Assembly: GCA_964413365.1 (NCBI GenBank)
Contig: CAYPRM010000005.1
Coordinates: forward strand, 1,234-65,233
DNA from: an uncultured Lachnospiraceae bacterium
GTDB taxonomy: Bacteria; Bacillota; Clostridia; Oscillospirales; CAG-272
Direction of reading: 5' to 3'
Length of the DNA: 64,000 bases
Part shown: positions 48,404 through 57,949 of the stretch, one piece after another
Layout of the letters: every line of letters begins with the position of its first letter
Position numbering within the stretch: position 1 is the first letter of the stretch
The notes under the pieces: generated by a model
What the model saw: the letters and a program-made list of their open reading frames with translations, nothing else
What the model was told of the DNA's origin: nothing
The model's database searches: none
Program-made: the position numbers and the translations under genes

Positions 48404-49597
48404 TTAACTAAGCTTCAGATATTCAGAGCAGATCTCTCTTGCTGCTCTGTCTGTCTCCATTATGCCCTCAAGGGTATGCGCCTCCGCCGCCCTTGGCATA
48501 CTGTAAACCGTTTTGCAAACGCTCTCGGCGATATCCGAGAAGCGTATTTTTTCATTAAGATACGCGCCGACGGCGATCTCATTTGCCGCATTGAGTGCGG
48601 CGCAGGTCGCACCGCCCCTGCCGAGTGCATAGAGTGCGAGGTCGAGGAGTGGAAAGGTCTCCCGATCCGGCTCGGCGAAGGTGAGGTGGGATATTTTCGC
48701 AAGGTCAAGTGGCTCAATAACACCGCTCGATCTCGCACCCATATCGAGTGCGTACTGAACACAATGCCTCATATCGGGCACGGAGAGCTGTGCGATGATG
48801 CTATTATCAATGTATTCGACCATTGAGTGGATTATACTCTCCCTATGCACGAGCACGCCTATCTTATCAGGTGTGAGCGAAAAGAGGTGTGCCGCCTCTA
48901 TGACCTCAAAGCCCTTATTCATCAGCGTTGCGCTGTCTATTGTTATTTTTGCGCCCATTTTCCACGTGGGATGTGCGAGCGCTCTTGAGAGGGGCATATC
49001 GTGCAGCTCCGCGGCTGTCATTCCGAAGAACGGTCCTCCCGAGGCGGTAAGTATTATACGCTTGACCTCCTCGTGCCTACCTGCTCGCAGACATTGGTGT
49101 ATGGCGCAATGCTCGCTATCGACGGGAAATATCTCGATCCCCCTCCTGCGTGCGAGCGACATAACTATCTCGCCTGCCACGACAAGGCTCTCCTTATTCG
49201 CAAGCGCGAGCCTCGCACCGCTCTCGAGCACTGCGAGCGTCGGTCGAAGCCCTGCGTATCCAATTATCGAATTGACTGCAACGGTGGCACCGCTCTCGGC
49301 TATCATCGTACAGATGCCCTCAACGCCAGAGAGCACTCTGATATCCGTATCGGCAAGTGCTACTGCAAGATCAGCCGCGGCACGCTCGTCGCACATAGCG
49401 GCAAGGCTCACGTGATGCTCCCTTGCCTGCTCCTCAACTCTGCGCCAATTCTTATCGGCACAGATACCGACCACCTGCGTGCCCGTTTTTCTTGCTACGT
49501 CGAGTGCCTGCTCGCCTATCGAGCCTGTTGAGCCGAGGACGAGCATTTTTTCGCCGTGCAGAGGTTCTTTTGCGGATATATTCAATATATTACTCAT
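48404..49597 (-). CDS. dxr: 1-deoxy-D-xylulose 5-phosphate reductoisomerase
   Basis: LGSTGSIGEQALDV...LANKESLV...PVDSEH...HPTWKMG. Confidence 0.95.
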   Translation of the reverse strand: MSNILNISAKEPLHGEKMLVLGSTGSIGEQALDVARKTGTQVVGICADKNWRRVEEQAREHHVSLAAMCDERAAADLAVALADTDIRVLSGVEGICTMIAESGATVAVNSIIGYAGLRPTLAVLESGARLALANKESLVVAGEIVMSLARRRGIEIFPVDSEHCAIHQCLRAGRHEEVKRIILTASGGPFFGMTAAELHDMPLSRALAHPTWKMGAKITIDSATLMNKGFEVIEAAHLFSLTPDKIGVLVHRESIIHSMVEYIDNSIIAQLSVPDMRHCVQYALDMGARSSGVIEPLDLAKISHLTFAEPDRETFPLLDLALYALGRGGATCAALNAANEIAVGAYLNEKIRFSDIAESVCKTVYSMPRAAEAHTLEGIMETDRAAREICSEYLKLS

Positions 49598-50419
49598 TTA
49601 TGCAAGGAAAAATGCAAGCACTACGGCTACTGCAAGTATCGAATCAAATCTATCCAGCACTCCGCCGTGCCCGGGGAAGAGCTTTCCATAATCCTTAATA
49701 CCGTATGTTCTCTTTATGACCGACATTGAGAGGTCGCCTATCTGCGAGACCACCGAGCACAGAAGTCCCATAAGTGCAACGAGCACAAGACTTATATCTG
49801 CGTCCGTAAAATGATTTATCAGCGCACCGTAGCCGAGAAATGCACCGACGCAGAAGATCATACCTCCAATGCTACCCTCCACGGTCTTTTTGGGGCTGGT
49901 GTTGGGCATGAGCTTATGCTTTCCGAATAGTCTTCCCGAAAAGTAAGCGAAGATATCCGTTACCCACGCGCCGATGAAGATGAAGTACCAATAGTATTCC
50001 CCACCCTGTGCGGAGCGCACCATGACCACCGACGAAAATGCGCCGATTATGTAAAGGCACACGAGCGTGCTCGAAATATACACGTTCATATCGCGCTCGG
50101 GATGCTTCTCATATCGGTATATCCAGATCGCAAGCAGGTAGAGCACATACAAGAGAATAATGTGCACGATCTCAAGCTTGAAGGTGCCGACCGTGCCGTC
50201 CTTCAGATACCAAACCGCAAGGGGCATGACCACCGCCATGATATAGAGGGGTATGGAGAAGGCGAGATCCTTCCTTGTACCCATGCATCCAAGCAGCTCA
50301 TAAACGCCGACGACGCCCAAAAACGCCATCACTATCGGAAACACAGGCGTCCACGAAAAAATGCATATCGGTATGGCGATTATTGCTATCACTATTGCCG
50401 TAATAATTCTTTGTTTCAT
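49598..50419 (-). CDS. cdsA: phosphatidate cytidylyltransferase
   Basis: Polytopic protein with ...SPKKTVEGSIGG... and ...IKDYGKLFPGHGGVLDRFDS. Confidence 0.9.
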   Translation of the reverse strand: MKQRIITAIVIAIIAIPICIFSWTPVFPIVMAFLGVVGVYELLGCMGTRKDLAFSIPLYIMAVVMPLAVWYLKDGTVGTFKLEIVHIILLYVLYLLAIWIYRYEKHPERDMNVYISSTLVCLYIIGAFSSVVMVRSAQGGEYYWYFIFIGAWVTDIFAYFSGRLFGKHKLMPNTSPKKTVEGSIGGMIFCVGAFLGYGALINHFTDADISLVLVALMGLLCSVVSQIGDLSMSVIKRTYGIKDYGKLFPGHGGVLDRFDSILAVAVVLAFFLA

Positions 50420-50456
50420 AAAATATGGTCTCCTTACACCGTTTTACGAAAAAGCC

Positions 50457-51155
50457 TTACGCCTTTCCGTAATTTCTCTTTCTCGAGTAAAAGTCCTCTA
50501 TTGCGGCTCTGAGGTCGTCCTCTCCGAAATCGGGCCAGAGTGTATCGGTAAAATACAGCTCCGAATACGAGGACTGCCAGAGCAGGAAATTTGAGAGCCT
50601 TCTCTCCCCTGCCGTTCTGATTATAAGATCGGGATCGGGATCGCCCCTTGTATAAAGTGCACAGGACAGGTTCTCCTGCGTTATCTCCTCTCCGTTCTCT
50701 GTGAGCCTTCGGCACGCACGGACTATCTCATCCCTGCCACCGTAGTTTATTGCCACGTTCAGCGTGCGTTCAAATTGTGCAGTCCGTTTTTCGAGTGCGT
50801 CTATCCTCCGTCTGAGTCCTGCGTCAAGTCCGCTCTTATCTCCCAGCATACGGAAGCGCACGCCGCGTCTGACAAGGTCATCTCCGCAGGTATCAAGATA
50901 GAGCGAGAGCAGGCTCATTATCGTTCGTATCTCCTTCGGAGGTCTTTTCCAATTCTCCGTGGAGAATGCGTAGAACGTTACCGTATCAAGCCCTATATCA
51001 AAGCAATAATACGCTATACGCTCAAAGGTCTTGACGCCGACCTTATGTCCCTCGGGACGCTCCATGCCGCGAGCCTTAGCCCATCTGCCGTTGCCGTCCA
51101 TTATGAAGGCGATATGCTTAAGTCTTTCGTCGACCTTGAATTCCGCTTGATCCAT
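50457..51155 (-). CDS. uppS: isoprenyl transferase (undecaprenyl diphosphate synthase)
   Basis: HIAFIMDGNGRWA...FSTENWKRP...RTAGERRLSNFLLWQSSYSE. Confidence 0.95.
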   Translation of the reverse strand: MDQAEFKVDERLKHIAFIMDGNGRWAKARGMERPEGHKVGVKTFERIAYYCFDIGLDTVTFYAFSTENWKRPPKEIRTIMSLLSLYLDTCGDDLVRRGVRFRMLGDKSGLDAGLRRRIDALEKRTAQFERTLNVAINYGGRDEIVRACRRLTENGEEITQENLSCALYTRGDPDPDLIIRTAGERRLSNFLLWQSSYSELYFTDTLWPDFGEDDLRAAIEDFYSRKRNYGKA

Positions 51156-51173
51156 ACTTACACCTCAAATTCC

Positions 51174-51198
51174 AAAAAGGCGGGAATTTCGCCCGCCC
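51174..51198 (-). terminator. hairpin plus U-tract between frr and uppS (internal operon terminator/attenuator)
   Basis: Minus strand reads GGCGGG-CGAAATT-CCCGCC then TTTTT. Confidence 0.55.
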
Positions 51199-51210
51199 AA
51201 GTAGTCTGTT

Positions 51211-51765
51211 TTAGATCTCCATGATCTCCTTTTCCTTTTTCGCAGAGGCAGCGTCTACCTCCTTGATATATCTGTCCGTCAGATCCTGCACCTTCTTCTC
51301 GGCGTTCTTAACGTCGTCCTCGGTGAGTGCTCCGTCCTTTTTATCCTTCTTGATGCTATCGTTTGCATCGCGTCTGATATTGCGAATGGCGACCTTAGTA
51401 TCCTCGCCCATTCTCTGGATCTGCTTCTTAAGCTCCTTACGTCTTTCCTCAGTAACCTGCGGGAACACGAGGCGGATCATCTTGCCGTCGTTCGAGGGGT
51501 TTATTCCGATGTCGCTTACGAGTATAGCCTTCTCGATAGCCTTGAGTGTGCTTGCGTCATAGGGTGTGATCGTGAGCGTTCTCGAATCCACCATTCTGAT
51601 GTCTGCCATCGTATTTACGGGTGTGGGAGAGCCGTAATATTCAAACGTAACTCTATTGAGAACGCCTGCGTTCGCCTGTCCTGCCCTGATGCTCGCAAGA
51701 TCATACTCGTAGGACGCGATGGTCTTCTTCATCTTCTCTTCAAAATCCTTAATAACGAATGCCAT
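51211..51765 (-). CDS. frr: ribosome recycling factor
   Basis: ...LASIRAGQANAGVLNRV...NIRRDAND... Confidence 0.95.
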   Translation of the reverse strand: MAFVIKDFEEKMKKTIASYEYDLASIRAGQANAGVLNRVTFEYYGSPTPVNTMADIRMVDSRTLTITPYDASTLKAIEKAILVSDIGINPSNDGKMIRLVFPQVTEERRKELKKQIQRMGEDTKVAIRNIRRDANDSIKKDKKDGALTEDDVKNAEKKVQDLTDRYIKEVDAASAKKEKEIMEI

Positions 51766-51792
51766 ATCATATACCTCTATTCTTTCCTGATT

Positions 51793-52509
51793 TTATTTGT
51801 GTAATTCAGTTCCTATGCGCTCGCCCATTATCACCCTGTAAATATTTTCGGGATCCTTGAGTTCAAATGCATAGCATCTGATACCGTTATCCATGCAAAA
51901 TGCGCTTGCCGTGGCATCAAGCGCGCGGAGATCCTTATCGAGCATCTCCGAGTACGTTATCTCGTCATATCTGACCGCCGTGGGATCTATGTGCGGATCT
52001 GCGGTATAAACGCCGTCTATATTCTTAGCCATAAGAATTATATCCGCGCCAAGCTCCGCTGCTCGTATTGCCGCACCCGTGTCGGTGGAGAAATACGGCA
52101 TTCCCGTACCGCCTCCGATTATCACGACCTCTCCCTCGTCAAGATGCCTTCTTGCATCTCTTATCCTATACGGATCGGCAAAGGCGGGGACGTCCATCAC
52201 CGTCATCGCTCTGGCACGCAAGCCCTGCCCGACGAATGTATCCTCAAGTGCCAATGCATTTATTGCGGTGGCGAGCATTCCCATCTGGTCGGCTCTTGCT
52301 CTGTCCATATCGCCGCTCTGTCTGCCGCGCCAGATATTACCTGCGCCCACGACTATGGCGATCTGCACTCCTGCCTCCGTGCATCTCTTCAAAACATTTG
52401 CGATGCTCGCGATATAGTCAAAATTGAGAATACCGTCGCAATCCCTCGCAAGTGCCTCTCCAGAGAGCTTCAGCAGGACTCTTTTATACTTGGGGCTTCC
52501 TATTTCCAT
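51793..52509 (-). CDS. pyrH: UMP kinase
   Basis: ATG 52509 lies 6 nt after GGAGGGA; the GTG 52524 of the ORF track sits on that RBS. YKRVLLKLSGEAL...VVGAGNIWRG. Confidence 0.95.
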   Translation of the reverse strand: MEIGSPKYKRVLLKLSGEALARDCDGILNFDYIASIANVLKRCTEAGVQIAIVVGAGNIWRGRQSGDMDRARADQMGMLATAINALALEDTFVGQGLRARAMTVMDVPAFADPYRIRDARRHLDEGEVVIIGGGTGMPYFSTDTGAAIRAAELGADIILMAKNIDGVYTADPHIDPTAVRYDEITYSEMLDKDLRALDATASAFCMDNGIRCYAFELKDPENIYRVIMGERIGTELHK

Positions 52510-52628
52510 CGGCTTTCCCTCCACGGTGGTGTTTTATTTTTTGCAGATCATACTCTGCTATCTTATATAATACTATTTTTTTCGCCGTTTGTAAAGGCTT
52601 TTTTCGCAATTATTTGTATTTTTTGCTC

Positions 52629-53108
52629 TTATTTATGATATTTTCCGCCGTGTGATATCGAAAGGCAGCGATAAAGTATCTCCAAGAGCCACACACGGAG
52701 CATCTGATGTGTCAAGGTCATTCTCGATACGCTCATTCGCATATCGCACGCGCTTTTTACCTCGTCGGAGAGTCCCCACGAGCTTCCGATGATGATCGCG
52801 ACCTCTCCGTGGGATGCGGAGATAGCGTCGAGCCTCTCCGAGAACTCCTCGCTTGAGAGCTGCTTACCCTCGACGCACATTGCGATCTTATATGCTCTCG
52901 GGGATATCTGCGAAAGTATCCGCTTCCCCTCCGCTGTAAGTGCCTGCTCGATCTCCCTCTCCGTGGGATCGTCGGGGATGCGGCACTCCTTAAATTCTAT
53001 TATCTCAAGCTTACAGTATGCACCAAGACGCTTTTTGTACTCCGCTATGGCGTCCTTGTAATACTGCTCCTTGAGCGTTCCTGTTGCGTATATTTTTATA
53101 TTCAGCAT
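52629..53108 (-). CDS. rlmH: 23S rRNA (pseudouridine1915-N3)-methyltransferase RlmH
   Basis: SPOUT fold, ...IIGSSWGLSDEV...MSVSRMTLTHQM... Confidence 0.9.
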   Translation of the reverse strand: MLNIKIYATGTLKEQYYKDAIAEYKKRLGAYCKLEIIEFKECRIPDDPTEREIEQALTAEGKRILSQISPRAYKIAMCVEGKQLSSEEFSERLDAISASHGEVAIIIGSSWGLSDEVKSACDMRMSVSRMTLTHQMLRVWLLEILYRCLSISHGGKYHK

Positions 53109-53117
53109 AGCGACCTC

Positions 53118-53903
53118 TCAAACGAGCCTTACGCACTCGTACTGTGATGCGACCTTGATATTGACAGACTCATCCGCCACCGCTCCGCAGACCTCACTAT
53201 ATGCAAGGGTGGGATCGTTATTCTCCTCGCTCAGGTGGGCAAGAAGTATATTTTTTGTGCCCGATGCGCAAAGCTCCGAGGCGAACGCGGCGCAGTCCTT
53301 ATTTGACAGATGCCCACGCCCCGAGCGTATTCTGAGCTTCAGGTCATGGGGGTAAGGCCCCGTCATGAGCATATCCTCGTCATGGTTGGACTCGAGAACG
53401 ACGCTCTCACAGCCGAGAAGTCCGCTGCGTATCTCGTCCGTTACCATACCGATATCGGTAGCGTAGCCGATGCAGATCTGCTCGCCCTCTGTGCCGTCAA
53501 GCTCTATTCGGTAGCCGACGGAGCAGGCGCTGTCATGGGGCGTCGGGAAGCTGGTAACCGTCATATTCCCCACTCTGACGCAGAATATCGGAGAATGGGT
53601 AATGATGCGATCTGTCGGTAGGGTGAGTCCCTTTGAGAGCATTGCGTCGGCACTGGCCTGCGCGATGTGCACCTGTATGGGGTGCTTTTTCAAGAGATTT
53701 TCAAGTGCTTTTATGTGGTCGGTGTGCTCGTGAGTTATGAATATCGCATCTATCTCATCGACGCTCTTTTTGAGTGTGGAGAGTGCGGAGCAGAGTGCTT
53801 TTGCACTCTTTCCTGCATCTATAAGTACCCTTGTATCCTCCGACTCTATGAGGACGGAATTGCCCCTTGAGCCTGAATAAAGTGCCGTTACGGAATATTT
53901 CAT
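53118..53903 (-). CDS. MBL-fold metallo-hydrolase (YycJ/WalJ-like)
   Basis: ATG 53903 (MKYSVTALYSGSRGNS...), motif ITHEHTDH. Its start overlaps the upstream stop as TAATG. Confidence 0.8.
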   Translation of the reverse strand: MKYSVTALYSGSRGNSVLIESEDTRVLIDAGKSAKALCSALSTLKKSVDEIDAIFITHEHTDHIKALENLLKKHPIQVHIAQASADAMLSKGLTLPTDRIITHSPIFCVRVGNMTVTSFPTPHDSACSVGYRIELDGTEGEQICIGYATDIGMVTDEIRSGLLGCESVVLESNHDEDMLMTGPYPHDLKLRIRSGRGHLSNKDCAAFASELCASGTKNILLAHLSEENNDPTLAYSEVCGAVADESVNIKVASQYECVRLV

Positions 53904-55189
53904 TATTCCGACACCCTTATTGCGCCGTAGCGTCTTATGCTGAGGACAAGGCACGAGCCCTCTCCGAACACGGAATCCATACGTGCTCTGTATGCGTCAA
54001 CATCACTCTCTGCGACATAAGCCTGAACCGTTCCTGCAAAGCCGCCGCCGTGGACGCGGAATGCGCCCCTCCTGCCCCTCATAAAGCTCTCCGTAAGGCA
54101 GAGTGCGAGGCTGAGTCCCTGCTCGCGGACGTTTGAGTTTGTGTAAACGTTCTGAAGGTAGCAGAACGATGATCTTCCCGAGGCTATCACGTCGGAGAGG
54201 TAAAGGTCGATATTTCCCACTTTGAGAGCGTCCGTCATCTCTGTAACTCTGGCGTTCTCATCGAGGAAATGCAATGCGCGGAGCACTGCCCTATCTCCAA
54301 GGCTCTCCCTCATATCCGCAATAGAGCCCTCTATCTCCTCCCTCGTGCACTCACGAAGGTAGGTCTTGCCGAGGTAATTTGCAACGCTCCTCATCTCGGA
54401 GGGCACTGCGGCATAATCCCCCGTGAGGTCAGCGTGGTTGCCACCCGTATCAACGATGCAGAGTCTATACCCTGCCGCCGAGAGGTCGAAATCTATCTTC
54501 TCTATTCTCGGAGCGTCCGCATCGGCAAAATCTATTCCCACGACGCCACCGACGGCGCAGGCGACCTGATCCATAAGTCCGCAGGGCTTGCCGAAGAACA
54601 CGTTCTCCGCATACTGTGCGAGCATAGCGATCTCTACATTATCGACTCTGCCGCCGTTATATTCATAATTAAGTATATTTCCTATCATATCCTCAAAGGC
54701 AGCACTCGAGGACAGCCCCGAGCCTCTGAGAACATCCGAGGTGCAGTAGGCATCGAAGCCACCGACGGAATAGCCCTTATCGCCAAAGCCGCGGCACATA
54801 CCTGCGATGAGGCTTGCGCTCGTTCCGAAAAACTCCGCCCAAGGCTCGGAATATTCTGCTATATCGACGCATATCGCGTCAAAGCCCTCACTCTTGAGGC
54901 GGATGACGTTATCATTCCTGCGTGCGACAACGGCAATTATATCAAGGCTTATCGACGCGGCAATGACCTTACCGCGGTTATGATCCGTATGGTTACCTGC
55001 AAGCTCGCTCCTGCCGGGGACGGAATAAAGAGCTACGTCCGCATCCGTACCGTAAAGCTCCTCAAACTGTGTGAGTGCGCAGATATATCTTTCCCTCTGT
55101 GCGTCGAGGAGGTGCGTGCCATAGACGTCCGCAAGCCTTTTATCGAGCGTGCCGCTACGTATTTGCGATCTGAGTTGTTCAAGCTTCAT
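53903..55189 (-). CDS. GHMP-family sugar kinase, galactokinase-like
   Basis: ATG 55189 (MKLEQLRSQ...). GalK-like signature in divergent form PGRSELAGNHTDHNRGKV, plus GHMP motif GSGLSSSAA. Confidence 0.7.
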   Translation of the reverse strand: MKLEQLRSQIRSGTLDKRLADVYGTHLLDAQRERYICALTQFEELYGTDADVALYSVPGRSELAGNHTDHNRGKVIAASISLDIIAVVARRNDNVIRLKSEGFDAICVDIAEYSEPWAEFFGTSASLIAGMCRGFGDKGYSVGGFDAYCTSDVLRGSGLSSSAAFEDMIGNILNYEYNGGRVDNVEIAMLAQYAENVFFGKPCGLMDQVACAVGGVVGIDFADADAPRIEKIDFDLSAAGYRLCIVDTGGNHADLTGDYAAVPSEMRSVANYLGKTYLRECTREEIEGSIADMRESLGDRAVLRALHFLDENARVTEMTDALKVGNIDLYLSDVIASGRSSFCYLQNVYTNSNVREQGLSLALCLTESFMRGRRGAFRVHGGGFAGTVQAYVAESDVDAYRARMDSVFGEGSCLVLSIRRYGAIRVSE

Positions 55190-55298
55190 TATCTTACCTC
55201 TATATCTTTGAAATTCCAATACTATACCGATATATTATATCATTATTTTTTGAAAATGACAAGGGCTTTTGCGTAATTTATGCAATTTATGCGCCCCC

Positions 55299-55338
55299 AA
55301 AAAAGATCTGCACAGCACCGTGGTACTATGCAGATCTG
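55299..55338 (-). terminator. terminator after the DUF1934 gene
   Basis: AGATCTGCA...TGCAGATCT stem. The A6 on the + strand gives a U-tract on the minus strand. Confidence 0.65.
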
Positions 55339-55342
55339 CATT

Positions 55343-55852
55343 TTATTCCGTTTGACCTATGTCCTCGGAGATCGTGATGAGCAAATGCGTCCTCTCCGCC
55401 TGTGCACCGCGTATCTCAACGATATAGTCGAGCTCGAGCGTGCCGTCCGTAAGGATCATATTTTTGACCGACTTAGTATACACGCATATCTCGAACGGCA
55501 TATACTCCGTCTTGTATGTGCAGATGTGGCGCTTTCCCTCCTCAAAGACGAGAATCGTATTCACGCTCCCGCTACGCATCATGACGACAAGCTCGGGGGT
55601 ACTGCGCTCAAAGCGCACCTGCGTATGCGAGCCCTCCATGCCCGTAAGCTCGGTCTCGTCATAGGCGATTATCACTCTGTCGTCGTTGATATATAGCTCA
55701 CCCTCGCTATACAGTTCTATAAATCCGTCTCCGTCGGAATCCTCGCCGTCGCCGTCATACTCGTCGTCGCCGTAGAGCAGGCTGTCAAAAAAGCTGTCCT
55801 CGGGCGCATCCCTGTGCGAGGTGAGGTGTATATTTATATTTTTCTTTATCAT
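55343..55852 (-). CDS. DUF1934-family beta-barrel protein
   Basis: ...IELYSEGELY...YDETELTGMEGSHTQVRFE...GSVNTILVFEEGKRH... fits DUF1934 as I remember it. I prefer ATG 55852 over GTG 55864, which sits on the RBS. Confidence 0.65.
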   Translation of the reverse strand: MIKKNINIHLTSHRDAPEDSFFDSLLYGDDEYDGDGEDSDGDGFIELYSEGELYINDDRVIIAYDETELTGMEGSHTQVRFERSTPELVVMMRSGSVNTILVFEEGKRHICTYKTEYMPFEICVYTKSVKNMILTDGTLELDYIVEIRGAQAERTHLLITISEDIGQTE

Positions 55853-55868
55853 GTCAGCGTTCACCGCC

Positions 55869-56954
55869 TCAGAACAACTCTATGAGCTCCTTCGGGCTCT
55901 TAGTGAAATCGCGTATTCCGTCCTCGGTAACAGCCGCCATATCCTCGATCCTGCAACCGTATTTCTCGGGAATGTAGATGCCCGGCTCGAAGGTAACGAC
56001 GTTGCCCACAACGAGCTGTGCCGACTTATCAACACCGGGTGCGAGGCGGGGGCTCTCGTGGATATACATACCTACACCGTGTCCGAGGGAATGTCCGAAT
56101 CTGCCCTCGTAGCCTGCGCCGTTTATGATATCCCTTGCGATCTCGTCAAGGCGGTGGCAGCCTCTCTCGCCTGCCGCCGCTGCCTCAAGCGCTCTTGTCT
56201 GAGCCTCAAGGACGGTATAGTAGACCTTCTTTATATCCGCGTCAGACTTGCCGAGCACGACGGTCCTCGTCATATCCGAGCAATAGCCCTCGTAAACACA
56301 GCCGAAATCCATGGTGAGAAAGCCGCGCTCGAGCTTTACGTTTCTCGGAACGCCGTGGGGCATGGACGATGCCTTACCCGATACCGCGATCGTATCGAAG
56401 GATGTTCTCTCCGCACCGTTTCTTCTCATAAAGAACTCTATCTCGAGTGCCACGTCGACCTCGGTCATATCGGGTTTAATGAAATTCACGATGTGCGTGA
56501 ACGCCTCGTCCGTAATGCGCTGAGCCTGCGCCATTTTTTCAAGCTCGTCGGGCGTCTTTACCATTCTCATAGAGGTAAGGATAGCCGACGCACCACCGAC
56601 GTAGCTGACTGCTCCCTGTGCCGCTCTCTCAAAGAACGAGAGCATCTCAAGGCTGACCTCGCTCTCCTCAACGAGCACTTTCTTGACTCCGTGCGCAGAG
56701 GCGAGCTCTGCGACCTTCTTGACAAGGGATGTGCCGGGAGCAAGGATCTCGAGATCCTCGGGATCGACCGCCTTCTGTGCCGCCTCGGTATAGCGGAAAT
56801 CGGTGAGCAGGTATGCCTTGTCGCAGAATACCACGACGTAGCCGTCATCAAATGCGAAATTCGAGACGTACCTCTGATTGAGTGCGGAGCTGAGCAGTAT
56901 TCCCTCTACTCCCTTCTCCTGCATTATCTTCTGTAATCTTTTCAAATGTGTCAT
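55869..56954 (-). CDS. M24-family Xaa-Pro aminopeptidase/dipeptidase
   Basis: Creatinase-like N-domain plus pita-bread fold: DFGCVYEGYCSDMTRT, HSLGHGVGMYIHE, FEPGIY...RIED. Confidence 0.85.
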   Translation of the reverse strand: MTHLKRLQKIMQEKGVEGILLSSALNQRYVSNFAFDDGYVVVFCDKAYLLTDFRYTEAAQKAVDPEDLEILAPGTSLVKKVAELASAHGVKKVLVEESEVSLEMLSFFERAAQGAVSYVGGASAILTSMRMVKTPDELEKMAQAQRITDEAFTHIVNFIKPDMTEVDVALEIEFFMRRNGAERTSFDTIAVSGKASSMPHGVPRNVKLERGFLTMDFGCVYEGYCSDMTRTVVLGKSDADIKKVYYTVLEAQTRALEAAAAGERGCHRLDEIARDIINGAGYEGRFGHSLGHGVGMYIHESPRLAPGVDKSAQLVVGNVVTFEPGIYIPEKYGCRIEDMAAVTEDGIRDFTKSPKELIELF

Positions 56955-57494
56955 TTATATTTTCTCCTTTTCGTTGATTTGCATATCTTGCCTGCGCTTT
57001 TTGAAAAAGCTCCTCATTATCGGCTTCTCGAGTCCTCTTTTTATCTTAAAGAGCAGATTTTTCTTGTCCTTGATCGGTGGGACGAGGATCGTTCTCATGC
57101 CGCAGAGCTTGCCTGCGCATATATCGGTAAAGATCTGGTCGCCCATAAACGCGCAGGACTCCGCCGATGCACCGAGGGATGCGAGCGCACGTCTCACGCT
57201 CTTCTGTGCAAAGGGCTTGCTTGACCTCGCGTAAGCAGGCGCGCCGATGCTTTCATTAAATTTGTCGATGCGGGCGTGGCTCGTGTTGTTCGATATGAAC
57301 GCAAAGCCTATGCCTGCCTCCCTGAGAGATCCGAGCCACGTGAGTATCTCCTCATTCGGTTCTGCGAGCTCATAGGGTGCTATGGTATTGTCTATATCTA
57401 TCATAAGAGACGTGATCCCAAGCTCCTGCAGGAGGTCGGGCGTTACGTCAATAAAGCTATTAAAATATAGGTCGGGGAAGAATTTATCGAGCAT
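56955..57494 (-). CDS. yqeG: YqeG-family HAD-IIIA phosphatase
   Basis: MIDIDNTIAPY...FISNN...FMGDQIFTDI. Confidence 0.8.
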   Translation of the reverse strand: MLDKFFPDLYFNSFIDVTPDLLQELGITSLMIDIDNTIAPYELAEPNEEILTWLGSLREAGIGFAFISNNTSHARIDKFNESIGAPAYARSSKPFAQKSVRRALASLGASAESCAFMGDQIFTDICAGKLCGMRTILVPPIKDKKNLLFKIKRGLEKPIMRSFFKKRRQDMQINEKEKI

Positions 57495-57595
57495 TTCAAA
57501 ATGTGCCTTTCGCTAAGATAAGACTATAATACCAAATTTTCTTGTAACTTTCAATCCTTTTTTCAAAAAAATTCGAAAAAATCGCAAAAAAACTC

Positions 57596-57624
57596 TTGAC
57601 ATCCTCGTCGATTTGTGATAATAT
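57596..57624 (+). promoter_or_regulatory. sigma-A promoter of the tRNA cluster with an A-rich UP-like element
   Basis: TTGACA, 17 nt, TGaTAATAT, preceded by AAAAAAATTCGAAAAAATCGCAAAAAAA. Confidence 0.55.
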
Positions 57625-57641
57625 AATTAAGCATTTGGCAT

Positions 57642-57715
<74 letters not shown>

Positions 57716-57720
57716 TTTTT

Positions 57721-57797
<77 letters not shown>

Positions 57798-57834
57798 GAC
57801 ATTGAGAGTCGCAAGACTCTCTTTGACTACTTAT

Positions 57835-57912
57835 GGTGGGTGTAGCTAAGTTGGTTATAGCGCCAGGTTGTGGCCCTGGAGGCCGTGGGTTCGAATCCCA
57901 TCACTCACCCCA
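57835..57912 (+). tRNA. tRNA-His (anticodon GUG) with encoded G-1 and CCA
   Basis: G-1 plus acceptor GTGGGTG/CACTCAC with C73, anticodon loop TTGTGGC. Confidence 0.95.
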
Positions 57913-57914
57913 GA

Positions 57915-57945
57915 AAAAAGCACTTGCTATGCAAGTGCTTTTTTC
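57915..57945 (+). terminator. terminator of the tRNA cluster
   Basis: AGCACTTGC-TAT-GCAAGTGCT followed by TTTTT. Confidence 0.75.
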
Positions 57946-57949
57946 AACT

